Shown: positions 37,580-46,288, numbered from the stretch's first letter. The stretch is 64,000 nucleotides of DNA from Hymenobacter sp. (GCA_028288445.1 JAQBNT010000286.1:57-64056), one strand, 5' to 3'. The notes: generated by a model from the sequence alone, not told the origin. Made by a program: numbers and translations.

Positions 37580-39190
37580 ATGCCGGCCACATTATACCGC
37601 AATCCGCTGACGGACATTCTCTTTGAGCAAAGCAAGGAGTTTGTGGGGCTGTATCATGTCGAACAGGGGTGGTTCACGCACGTCAACACGGCGGGCTACC
37701 GCCTGCTGGGCTACCCCTCGGCGCAGGCCTTGTACGACGAGCCGGCCCGCACGCTGCGCGCCCGGCCCCTGCCCCCAGCCGAATTGGCCGCGCTTCGGGA
37801 ACGGGTATTGCGCGATGGGTCCCACGAGTTTGAGGACGAGATGCGCCGGCAGTCGGGCGAGCTGTTTTGGGCCAGGGTCGAGCTTACCTGCCTCGTGGTT
37901 GGGCAGCAGACCTATTTTCTCGTGCGCCTCACCGACACCACGCCCCTGCACGTAGCCGAGCACCGGCTGGCCGAAAGCATGGGCCGCTTCGAGGCCGTGG
38001 TGAGCCACGCCACCATCGGGATTGTGATGTGCGACCGGGCCGGCGAAATTGTACTGGCCAACGACAAGGCCCAGCAGCTGTTTGGCTATCAGAACGATGA
38101 GCTGATTCATCAGCGCATCGAAGCGCTGGTGCCCGATGCCATGGCCCACTACCTCGGGCAGTTGCGCGAGTCCTTCGACGCCCGCCCCGAAACGCGGGCC
38201 ACGGGCCAGAGCCGCAACCTGCTGGCCCGCCGCCGGGACGGCTCCGAATTCCCCGTGGAAGTCAGTCTGAGCCATTTCCGGCTCGGGGAGGAGCTGTTTG
38301 TGGTGGCTTACGTCATCGACATCACCTTCAAGAAAGAGGCCGAGCGGGAGCTACGGGCCCAGCACCTGCGCGTGGCGCGCCTCAATGCCGAACTGGAGCA
38401 GAAAGTAGCCGACCGCACGCACACCCTGGCCGATACCCTGAGCCAGCTGGAACAGCGCACCCGCGAGCTCACCCAGGCCCTGGCCCTGGAGCAGGAATTG
38501 GGCGAGCTCAAGACGCGCTTCGTGGCCATGGCCTCGCACGAGTTTCGCACCCCGCTCACGGCCGTGCTCACCTCGGTAGCGCTGCTCGAAAAGTACCCCA
38601 GAGCCGAGCAGCAGGCCAAGCGCCAGCGCCATTACGACCGCATTCGGACCTCGGTGATGCACCTGACCGATATTCTGGAGGAGTTTCTGTCGGTGGGCAA
38701 AATGGAGGAAGGCCGCCTGGAGGCGCATCCGGCCCGGCTGGAGCTGGTCCCGCTGGCGCACGAAACCGTGGCCGAAGTGGAGGGCCTGCGCAAGCCCGGC
38801 CAGCACATCATCCTGCAGCTGCCGCCCCTGCCGCCGCTGTGGCAGGATGCGTCGCTGCTGCGCAAAGTGCTGGTCAACCTACTCTCCAACGCCCTGAAGT
38901 ATTCGCACGAAAACACCACCGTCACCGTGCGGGCCACCGCCCAGGACCACGCCCTCTGCCTCGCGGTGCAGGACCAGGGTATGGGCATCGCCCGCGACGA
39001 CCAGACGCGGCTGTTCCAGCGGTTTTACCGGGCCCGCAACGCGGCCAATACGCCCGGTACCGGCCTGGGCCTCTACACCGTGGCCCGCTACGTGGAGCTG
39101 ATGGGCGGCACCATTGCCCTGCACAGCGAGCTGAACGTGGGCACCACCGTCACCATCACGCTTCCCTATGAAAACCATTCTGCTGATTGA
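37580..39190 (+). CDS. cytoplasmic PAS-PAS sensor histidine kinase (FixL-like)
   Basis: Two PAS domains (second ends RRRDGSEFPVEVSLS), HisKA MASHEFRTPL, HATPase NLLSNALKYS/DQGMGI/GTGLGL; no TM helix seen. Confidence 0.95.
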   Translation: MPATLYRNPLTDILFEQSKEFVGLYHVEQGWFTHVNTAGYRLLGYPSAQALYDEPARTLRARPLPPAELAALRERVLRDGSHEFEDEMRRQSGELFWARVELTCLVVGQQTYFLVRLTDTTPLHVAEHRLAESMGRFEAVVSHATIGIVMCDRAGEIVLANDKAQQLFGYQNDELIHQRIEALVPDAMAHYLGQLRESFDARPETRATGQSRNLLARRRDGSEFPVEVSLSHFRLGEELFVVAYVIDITFKKEAERELRAQHLRVARLNAELEQKVADRTHTLADTLSQLEQRTRELTQALALEQELGELKTRFVAMASHEFRTPLTAVLTSVALLEKYPRAEQQAKRQRHYDRIRTSVMHLTDILEEFLSVGKMEEGRLEAHPARLELVPLAHETVAEVEGLRKPGQHIILQLPPLPPLWQDASLLRKVLVNLLSNALKYSHENTTVTVRATAQDHALCLAVQDQGMGIARDDQTRLFQRFYRARNAANTPGTGLGLYTVARYVELMGGTIALHSELNVGTTVTITLPYENHSAD

Positions 39191-40220
39191 GGACAACGAC
39201 ATCCTGCGCGAAAACACGGCCGAAATCTTGGAGCTGGCCGGCTACGCCGTGCTCACGGCCGAAAACGGCAAAGTGGGCGTGGAGAAAGCCTTGGCCACCA
39301 AGCCCGATTTGGTGGTGTGCGACATCATGATGCCCGTGCTGGACGGCTACGGCGTGCTGCACATCTTTAGCCAGAACCCGCCGCTGGCCGGCGTGCCCTT
39401 CATCTTCCTCACCGCCAAAACCGAGCGCACGGACCAGCGCCGCGGCATGGAGCTGGGGGCCGACGACTACCTGACCAAGCCCTTCGAGGAAACCGAGCTG
39501 CTGAGCGCCATCAGCAGCCGCCTCCAGCGCTTCCGGCAGCTGCAGCCCGACTACGACCTGCGCGCCCCCGACGGCTTAGGCAGCTTTCTGGACGATGCCA
39601 CCGCCGTGGCCAGCCTGCACAGCCTCACCCTGGACCGCCGGCCCCACGCGCTGCGCAAAAAGCAGGTGCTTTATGCCGAGGACGAAGAGGCCACCCGGCT
39701 CTATTTTGTGGAGAGTGGGCGGGTGAAAACCGTGCGCCGCACGGCCAGCGGCAAGGAATTAATCACGGGTGTGTATGGCCCCGGCGAGTTTTTCGGCTAC
39801 CTGCCGCTGCTCCAGCACCGGTCGCACAGCGACTCGGCCGTGGTGCTCGATGATGCCCAGGTGCTCTACATTCCGCAGAAGGATTTTGAGCTGCTGCTCC
39901 ATTCGCACCCGGACGTGGGGTGGCAGTTCATCCGGCTGCTGGCCGGCCAGGTAGAAGAGCGGGAACGGCAGCTGCTGGGCATGGCCTACGACTCGTTGCG
40001 CCGCCGCGTGGCCAGCACCCTGCTGCGCCTGCAGGAGCAGGCCGGCAATGGCGCGGCCGCCATCCGGTTCTCGCGCGATGACCTGGCCGCCGTGGTCGGC
40101 ACCACCCCGGAATCGCTCATCCGCACCCTGAGCGAGTTTAAGCAGGACGGCCTGATTGAGCTCACCCCCAAAAGCATTCACGTCCTACAGCCCGACAAGC
40201 TGCACACGCCTAATTGGTAG
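39168..40220 (+). CDS. hybrid response regulator: REC + cNMP-binding + CRP/FNR HTH
   Basis: ILLIEDN, VCDIMMP..DG, FLTAK; CRP domain YFVESGRVK, GPGEFFG; HTH SRDDLAAVVGTTPESLIRTLSEFKQDGLI; overlaps the kinase by 23 bp. Confidence 0.95.
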   Translation: MKTILLIEDNDILRENTAEILELAGYAVLTAENGKVGVEKALATKPDLVVCDIMMPVLDGYGVLHIFSQNPPLAGVPFIFLTAKTERTDQRRGMELGADDYLTKPFEETELLSAISSRLQRFRQLQPDYDLRAPDGLGSFLDDATAVASLHSLTLDRRPHALRKKQVLYAEDEEATRLYFVESGRVKTVRRTASGKELITGVYGPGEFFGYLPLLQHRSHSDSAVVLDDAQVLYIPQKDFELLLHSHPDVGWQFIRLLAGQVEERERQLLGMAYDSLRRRVASTLLRLQEQAGNGAAAIRFSRDDLAAVVGTTPESLIRTLSEFKQDGLIELTPKSIHVLQPDKLHTPNW

Positions 40221-40264
40221 CGGCTGAACTGGCTTTGCGAAACCGGCTGGACCGAATAGCAAAC

Positions 40265-40330
40265 CTGACAGGAATCATCCTGCAAGGTGATACGCGTCAG
40301 GGTGGTATTAGCGCAAAGGCAGGAGCTTTG
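40265..40330 (+). promoter_or_regulatory. CRP/FNR-type promoter: two boxes plus -7 element
   Basis: CTGAC-AGGA-ATCAT (40265), GTGAT-ACGC-GTCAG (40287), GAGCTTTG (40323). Confidence 0.82.
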
Positions 40331-40466
40331 CCCAATTAACCGGCGGTGCTGATTACCTAGTATGGTTTACCTAGTATGGTCCGCAGGCTCTGGCCCCCGG
40401 TTTGGTGGGGTTGGCTGGCGGGGCTTCTCGCAGTTTCTGTTACCATCATAAGTGCATTGAGCAGCC

Positions 40467-41405
40467 ATGAAACAGCAGGCTATTTCGACATCGGCTTTTA
40501 CGCCGCGCCCGGAGGTCGAGAATTGGATGCGGGAATTCCAGGACTGGCTATGCCACCGACTGGAGCTGGCGGATGGCGGCAGCCGGTTTGTGCACGAAGA
40601 ATGGACGCACCCCGGCGGCGGTGGGGGAATCACCTCCACGCTTCAGCACGGGGCCGTGCTGGAGAAGGCGGGCGTGTCCTTTTCGGCCGTGTGGGACCAG
40701 CTGAGCGAGCCGATGGCCCGCCAGCTCCAGGTGAAAGACCGGCACTACTACACCGCTGATGTGAACGTGGGCCTGCATCCGCACAGCCCCATGGTGCCCA
40801 TTTCGCATCTCAACGTGCGGTATTTCGAAGCCCGCACGGGCGAGGCCTGGTTTGCCGGCAGCCTGGACCTGACCCCGGTTTACGTGGATGTGGTGCAGGC
40901 CCGCTGGTTTCACGAGCAGATTCGGGCTATGTGCCACCGCCACGATACCGGCTACTACCCGCGCTTCAAAGCCGGGGCCGATGCCCATTTCTACCTGCCC
41001 CACCGGGGCGAAACGCGGGGCGTGGGCGGCCTGTATTTCGAGCAGCTTATGGTGGAGCGCGACGGCTTGTTTGAGGAGCTGCTGGCCTTCGTGCAGGACG
41101 TGGGCGAGGTGTACGGCCGCGCCTACGGCACCATCATGCGCCAGAATGCCCACCTGCCCTACGCCGCGCCCGAGAAGCGCTGGCAGCAGCAGCGCCGCGC
41201 CCGCTGCGCCGAATTCAACCTGACCGTGGACCACCCCAGCCGCTTCGAGCTGGCCGCCCACGGCCCGGAAGGTTTCGTCCTCAGCCTACCTCCACGGGCC
41301 GAGTGGCACAATGCCCCTGCTCCCGCCCCCGACTCGGCCGAAGCCCGGACCCAGCAATGGCTGCGCCCCGGCGTGGACTGGATAACGCCCACCGGCGCGG
41401 CCTGA
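40467..41405 (+). CDS. HemF-like protein with degenerate active site, paralogue 2
   Basis: GGGGG, VLEKAGVSFS, LHPHSPMVPISHLNVRYFE, RGETRGVGGL kept; GVS is DVN, RRGRYVEF is RRARCAEF, DRGT.FGL is DHPSRFEL. Confidence 0.87.
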   Translation: MKQQAISTSAFTPRPEVENWMREFQDWLCHRLELADGGSRFVHEEWTHPGGGGGITSTLQHGAVLEKAGVSFSAVWDQLSEPMARQLQVKDRHYYTADVNVGLHPHSPMVPISHLNVRYFEARTGEAWFAGSLDLTPVYVDVVQARWFHEQIRAMCHRHDTGYYPRFKAGADAHFYLPHRGETRGVGGLYFEQLMVERDGLFEELLAFVQDVGEVYGRAYGTIMRQNAHLPYAAPEKRWQQQRRARCAEFNLTVDHPSRFELAAHGPEGFVLSLPPRAEWHNAPAPAPDSAEARTQQWLRPGVDWITPTGAA

Positions 41406-41459
41406 GCGCACCCGCCGCTCGCACAGTACGCATCCTGCTCCCCATCAACCCCCAAGCTC

Positions 41460-42416
41460 ATGTCCCTGGTAGCCACCCTGACGCTGAACCCGGCCCTGGA
41501 TACGAGCACCTCCGTGGCGGGCATCGTGCCCGACCAGAAGCTGCACTGCGCCGCCCCCAAAACCGAGGCCGGCGGCGGCGGCATCAACGTGTCGCGGGGC
41601 CTGCACCGGCTGGGCACGCCATCGGTGGCTGTGTACCCGGCGGGGGGGCACACGGGAGTGCTGTTGGAAGCGCTGCTCACGGCCGAAGGCATTGCCTCCT
41701 GCGTAATTCCGACCCAAAGCGCGGTGCGCGAAAACTTTGTGGTGGTGGATACCGCCACCCACCAGCAGTACCGTTTCGGCATGCCCGGCGCGCCCCTCAC
41801 CGACGTTGAGCAGCAGCAGATACTGGCGGCGCTGCACCGGCTGGTACCGCTGCCCGACTTCGTGGTGCTGAGCGGCAGCCTGCCGCCCGGCGTGCCACCC
41901 GCATTCCTGGCCCAGGTGGCGCGGCAGGCCCGCGAGGCGGGTAGCAGGGTGGTGGCCGATACGACCGGGCCGGCCATGCTGGCCGTTATCGAGGCCGGGG
42001 CCTACCTCATCAAGCCCAACCTGGGCGAGCTGAGCCAGTTGGCCGGCGTGCCCGAGCTGGACAACGCCGGTGTGGTGGCCATCGCCCGGCAGCTCATCGG
42101 CGCGGGCCGCTGCGAAATCGTGGTGGTGTCGATGGGCCCGCAGGGGGCCTGTCTCGTCACCCGCGACCTGGAAGACCAGATTTCGGCCCCGGTCGTGAAG
42201 CGACGCAGCACCGTGGGGGCTGGCGATAGCATGGTGGCTGGCATCGTGCACGCGCTGGTGCTCGGGCAGCCCCTGCGCGAAGCTGTGCGCCTGGGCGTGG
42301 CCTGCGGCACGGCCGCCACCATGAACCCCGGCACCGAGCTGTTCCACCCCGCCGATGCGGAAAAGCTCTATCGCTGCCTGCTGCAGGCCATGCCCGCCCC
42401 GCACCCCACCGCCTGA
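41460..42416 (+). CDS. pfkB: 1-phosphofructokinase family hexose kinase (PfkB/Pfk-2)
   Basis: TLTLNPALD, GGGGINVSR, SGSLPPGVP, IKPNLGEL, STVGAGDSMVAG. Confidence 0.93.
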   Translation: MSLVATLTLNPALDTSTSVAGIVPDQKLHCAAPKTEAGGGGINVSRGLHRLGTPSVAVYPAGGHTGVLLEALLTAEGIASCVIPTQSAVRENFVVVDTATHQQYRFGMPGAPLTDVEQQQILAALHRLVPLPDFVVLSGSLPPGVPPAFLAQVARQAREAGSRVVADTTGPAMLAVIEAGAYLIKPNLGELSQLAGVPELDNAGVVAIARQLIGAGRCEIVVVSMGPQGACLVTRDLEDQISAPVVKRRSTVGAGDSMVAGIVHALVLGQPLREAVRLGVACGTAATMNPGTELFHPADAEKLYRCLLQAMPAPHPTA

Positions 42417-42456
42417 ACCGGCCGCTTTGCCTTCGCTTTTTGTCCGTCGTTGCCCG

Positions 42457-43344
42457 CTACGCCTCGGCGGCATCTGAGGCAATGGACGCATCCTGCGGCA
42501 CCTCGGCGGCGGTGGGCAGCACCAGCACTGGCACGGGGCATTGCTCCACGAGCCGGGCCGTGATGCTGCGATGAAACAAGTCGCTCATGAAGCTGCGCTC
42601 GCGGGCCAGGGTGATGACCAGGTCGGCCCCAACTTCCTGCGTGGCGATGAGCATGCCCTCGGCGTAGTCGCTGTTGAGGTAGCCCCGCAGCTCGGGGTGG
42701 GTGAAGTCGACCAGGCCGCTGACGCGCACGGCCCGCAGGGCGGCCGCGCAGCCATCGTCGTCCTCCACCCCGTCCGACACATGGGCTACCACCACGCCGC
42801 CCGTGCCCAAGTGGGCCAGCAGGGGGCGCAACGCCTGAGCAGCCGGCCCGAGGGCAAACGGCTCACGGTCGGCCGCAATCAGGAAGCGGTGCGGCGGCTG
42901 GTTGGCGGACGTGGTGGTGGGCACGGCCAGCACCGGGTAGTGGCCGGCGCGTAGCAGCTCGGCGCACAGGGCCGTCATGCCAGCGTAGTCGGGATGGTCG
43001 GCATCGGGCTGGCCCAGCACAAACAGGGCCGGGGCGTAGCGGGAAGCCAGCTCGCGGGCGATGTCGGGGAGCAGGTCGGTGGCCATTTCCACGGCGGCGG
43101 GCACGTGCAGGCTCCGCGCCAGCTGGTGCAGGGCCACCACGGTATCGGACTGGCCGGCCAGCTCCTGGCGGTGGTACTTCTCCCCCACCGCGCCCACCAG
43201 CTCGTAGGGGTCGAGCAGCGACGCCCGGTTGACGTGCAGCAACACCAGTTGGGCCTGCACGGCCTGCGCCAGCTTATCGGCGTAGTGAATGGCGTGCCGG
43301 GCGGGCTCGTAGAAACCGGACAGCACGATGAGCGTGAGGGGCAT
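42457..43344 (-). CDS. universal stress protein 6
   Basis: LIVLSGFY, YPVLAVP, SFMSDLFHRSITARLVEQCPVPVLVLP. Confidence 0.9.
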   Translation of the reverse strand: MPLTLIVLSGFYEPARHAIHYADKLAQAVQAQLVLLHVNRASLLDPYELVGAVGEKYHRQELAGQSDTVVALHQLARSLHVPAAVEMATDLLPDIARELASRYAPALFVLGQPDADHPDYAGMTALCAELLRAGHYPVLAVPTTTSANQPPHRFLIAADREPFALGPAAQALRPLLAHLGTGGVVVAHVSDGVEDDDGCAAALRAVRVSGLVDFTHPELRGYLNSDYAEGMLIATQEVGADLVITLARERSFMSDLFHRSITARLVEQCPVPVLVLPTAAEVPQDASIASDAAEA

Positions 43345-43358
43345 GGCGAAAGCGGGTT

Positions 43359-44243
43359 TTAGTGAGTGACGGGGATGAAGGCCCGCGTCTCGACCGGGGC
43401 AAAAACTGGGGCGGAAATGTGGGCCGAGAGCAGCAGTACGGGCACCGGCGTGTGGCGCAGCACATAGTCGATAACACTGCCGCTGAACAGCTTGTGTGCC
43501 CAGCCGTGGCCCTGGTCGAGCAGGGCCACCAGGTCGGCTTTCAGGTCATGCACGGCCTCCAGAATGCCCGAGCCGGGCTCCTCGCCCACTACTTTGTGCA
43601 GGCCGCAGCCGGCCATGCCAGCGGCCAGGCCGCTGTGCTGCGCGGCCCGCAGGCCGTCCCAGCCGCCGGGGCTGTCTGCTTCCGATAGCACGGTGACGGC
43701 TACCACGTCCAGGCCCAGCCCGTCGAGCAGGGGCGCGACGGCCCTAGCAGCCGGGGCCAGCCGGAAGGGCCGGTCCTCCACGGCCAGGGCCAGGCGGCGG
43801 GGCTGGTGCAGGGCGGCATCGGGCAGGTGCTCGGGCACGAGCAGCAGCGGGCAACCCGTTTGGTGCGGCAGCGACGCAGCGCGGTTGCTGAACCACTCGT
43901 CGAGGAAGCCATTGGTGGCGGTGAGCCCGGCCACGATGAGCATGGGCTGATATTTTTCGATGGCTTGGGCAATGGCCCCGGGCCAGTCGGCTTCCAGCAC
44001 TTCGGCGGTGGTGGGCACGGGCATGGTTTCGGCTACATGCCGCAGGCAGCGGCAGGTTTCGGGCACGTAGCCCTCATCCTTGGCCGGCAGCACCATGCCG
44101 AATTCCGTGACCACGGGCACCGGCAGAAACACGTGCACGAGGTGGAGCTCGGCATCCAGCGGGGCGGCTAGCACGGCGGCGTAGGCTCGGGCCCGCTCGG
44201 CGGCGAGCGAGAAGTCAGTCAGCACAACGATGTTGGGGAACAT
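43359..44243 (-). CDS. universal stress protein 7
   Basis: MFPNIVVLTDFS, CPLLLVPE, KLFSGSVIDYVLRHTPVPVLLL. Confidence 0.92.
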   Translation of the reverse strand: MFPNIVVLTDFSLAAERARAYAAVLAAPLDAELHLVHVFLPVPVVTEFGMVLPAKDEGYVPETCRCLRHVAETMPVPTTAEVLEADWPGAIAQAIEKYQPMLIVAGLTATNGFLDEWFSNRAASLPHQTGCPLLLVPEHLPDAALHQPRRLALAVEDRPFRLAPAARAVAPLLDGLGLDVVAVTVLSEADSPGGWDGLRAAQHSGLAAGMAGCGLHKVVGEEPGSGILEAVHDLKADLVALLDQGHGWAHKLFSGSVIDYVLRHTPVPVLLLSAHISAPVFAPVETRAFIPVTH

Positions 44244-44296
44244 GACAGACAATCAGCTAAAAGTGAGACAACAGCAATGAGCAGCGCACCGAGGCT

Positions 44297-45811
44297 TTAG
44301 CGAATGGCCGTGGCCGCGTGGGTGGCCACGACCTGCCGGGCAGCTTCCTTTTCGGCTTCGGCAGCCAACCCGGCCAGGGCGGGCAGGGTGAACAGGCGGC
44401 CGCGCAGCACCACCGCCTGAATCAGGCGCAGGTTGCGGATGTCGTCGAGCGGATTGCCATTGAGCAGCACCACATCGGCCGCGTAGGCGGGGCGAATGCG
44501 GCCCGTGTCGAAGCCGTGGCCGGTGGCCATGGCCGGGTTCACGGTGCCGGCGCGCAGGGCTTCGGCCGGCGTGAGGCCAAGGGCCACCAGGCGCTCCAGC
44601 TCATCGTGCAGACTACCGCCGTAGAAGAGGTTTGGCGTGCCCGAGCCGGCATTGGAGCCCGCCACCAGGCGCACGCCCAGCCGCCCAAACGTGGCCACCA
44701 TGCCGCGCTGCAAGGAATCGGCGACGCGGATTTTAGCCAGCCTAGAGGCCGACAGGTGCGGCCGGTCGTGGGCGGCCTGCGCCCACTGCCGGCGCAGGTT
44801 GGCCGGCACCGAGCGAAAGCGCGGGTCTTCCGGGGCGGGGTCGTGCCGCAGGTCGAAGTCGTGGGCCACCAGCCCGGGCATCACCGCAGTGCGGTTCTGC
44901 ATCAGGGCCTGGGCCAGGGCCGTGCAACGGGCGGGGCTGAAGCTGGCCACGATGTCCTTTTGCTGAGCTTTGATGCCGGCTTGCAGCGTGGGCAGGGGCC
45001 GGGGGCCGGCCAGGGCCGTGGCCCGCGCCGCCACCAATTCAGCCTCATGGTCGGAGCAGGCCAGCAGCAGCTTGTCGGCGTGCTCGATGCTATGCTGACC
45101 GGCCGCAATGGCATCGAGCACCGGCACGGCCTCGGGCACGGTGCCAGCCAGATGCACCCGCCCCAGACGGGCAGCAGCGGCAATCCCCGCAAAGGCCTCG
45201 GGCGACAGGTACGCGCCGGCTTGCAGGCTGCACCAGCCCGTTCGCATCAGGGCTTCGGCCCGGGCGTAGCCCTCGGCGCGGGTGGCCGTGAGGGTCAGAC
45301 TGGTGCTGGCATCGGCCGAACCGTCGAGGACCGGGCCGGCCAGCTCAAGGTGCGGCCCCACCCGCTCGCCGGTTTCCAGGGCCTGGTAGGTGCTTAGCAG
45401 GTCGGCCAAGGGCCGGGCCGAACTCACGTCGCGGATGCTGGTGATGCCGTGGGCCACGTACAGCGGCAGGGCCAGCTGCTCATCGGCGGCCGAGGCCAGG
45501 GCGTGGGTGTGGAAATCCCAAAGGCCGGGCACCAGGTATTTGCCGGTGCCGTCCAGGGTGGGCACGCCCCGGCCGGCCGGCAGCCACTGGCCCACCGACA
45601 CAATGAAGCCGTCGCGCAGCACCACGTTGCGGTGGGTTTCGATTTCGCCCAGGTCAACGTCCACCACGTTCACGTTGGTAATCACCAGCTCATCGACCGG
45701 CGGGGGCGCGATGACCGGGGGAATAATGACCACCGCCGGACGCTGCCCGGCAGCCAAGTGCCCCGAGCAGCTCAGCCCCAGCAGCAACCCCAGAAAAAGA
45801 CGCGGTTTCAT
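44297..45811 (-). CDS. secreted amidohydrolase-fold protein with degenerate metal site
   Basis: Signal peptide; LDGTGKYLVPGLWDFHTH, SIEH, SLHDEL..LV..GLTP.EAL, ADVVLL.GNPL.DI; Lys, His and Asp ligand positions read Q, T and N. Confidence 0.88.
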   Translation of the reverse strand: MKPRLFLGLLLGLSCSGHLAAGQRPAVVIIPPVIAPPPVDELVITNVNVVDVDLGEIETHRNVVLRDGFIVSVGQWLPAGRGVPTLDGTGKYLVPGLWDFHTHALASAADEQLALPLYVAHGITSIRDVSSARPLADLLSTYQALETGERVGPHLELAGPVLDGSADASTSLTLTATRAEGYARAEALMRTGWCSLQAGAYLSPEAFAGIAAAARLGRVHLAGTVPEAVPVLDAIAAGQHSIEHADKLLLACSDHEAELVAARATALAGPRPLPTLQAGIKAQQKDIVASFSPARCTALAQALMQNRTAVMPGLVAHDFDLRHDPAPEDPRFRSVPANLRRQWAQAAHDRPHLSASRLAKIRVADSLQRGMVATFGRLGVRLVAGSNAGSGTPNLFYGGSLHDELERLVALGLTPAEALRAGTVNPAMATGHGFDTGRIRPAYAADVVLLNGNPLDDIRNLRLIQAVVLRGRLFTLPALAGLAAEAEKEAARQVVATHAATAIR

Positions 45812-45868
45812 GGCCGGATACAGGTTAAAAAGTAGGGTTGCAGACAAAACCAGTGAAGCCCGGCCAAT

Positions 45869-46051
45869 TCAGATGCCTTCAAACAGGCTGACGGATTCCA
45901 GGTATTCGGGCACGGCCACGCCGGGCCACTGGCGCTGGATGGCGGCCGGTTTTTCGGCGGCTGTCGTTGTCATCAGGCGCAGGCCCGCGAAATCGAACCC
46001 GCTGCCGTGCTCCAGCCGATACACGCTTAACAGCAAATTACAGGTTGACAT
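45869..46051 (-). CDS. small hypothetical protein (60 aa)
   Basis: GC3-biased codons; ATG lies about 30 nt downstream of the predicted minus-strand regulon promoter. Confidence 0.45.
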   Translation of the reverse strand: MSTCNLLLSVYRLEHGSGFDFAGLRLMTTTAAEKPAAIQRQWPGVAVPEYLESVSLFEGI

Positions 46052-46083
46052 TCATCGCCTTGAAATAGAGATGATTTGTACCA

Positions 46084-46127
46084 CAATGTTCGTCAACCCA
46101 CGCGCCCGAACCCATGACAAAAATCAA
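46084..46127 (-). promoter_or_regulatory. CRP/FNR-type promoter for the small ORF-amidohydrolase-USP7-USP6 unit
   Basis: Box ATGAC-AAAA-ATCAA (46114-46127); minus-strand GAACATTG at 46091-46084, 22 bp away (one extra mismatch). Confidence 0.6.
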
Positions 46128-46288
46128 GGCTTCGACTAATAATGCGCAGGGCATTGCGGCACGGCGGGCCGGTTCTTTGCACTCAGATTCCGCCTTTTCC
46201 CGGCTGGATTATGGATTATTGCCCGGCACGCGCGCAATCCTGCTGGCGGCAGGCCCATTCGCATTCGGGTATTTCCCCTGCCGATGTC

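Noticed and set aside
39168-40220. Calling the regulator a true FNR with a [4Fe-4S] cluster
   Set aside because: There is no Cys cluster; the N-terminus is a REC domain, so control is likely by phosphorylation.
23036-41405. Annotating either HemF-like gene as functional hemF
   Set aside because: Several conserved catalytic motifs are substituted in each; gene symbol withheld.
44242-44256. ATGAC-AGACA-ATCAG as another regulon box
   Set aside because: The spacer is 5 rather than 4 nt, it overlaps the USP7 start codon, and no -7 element was found at the conserved distance.
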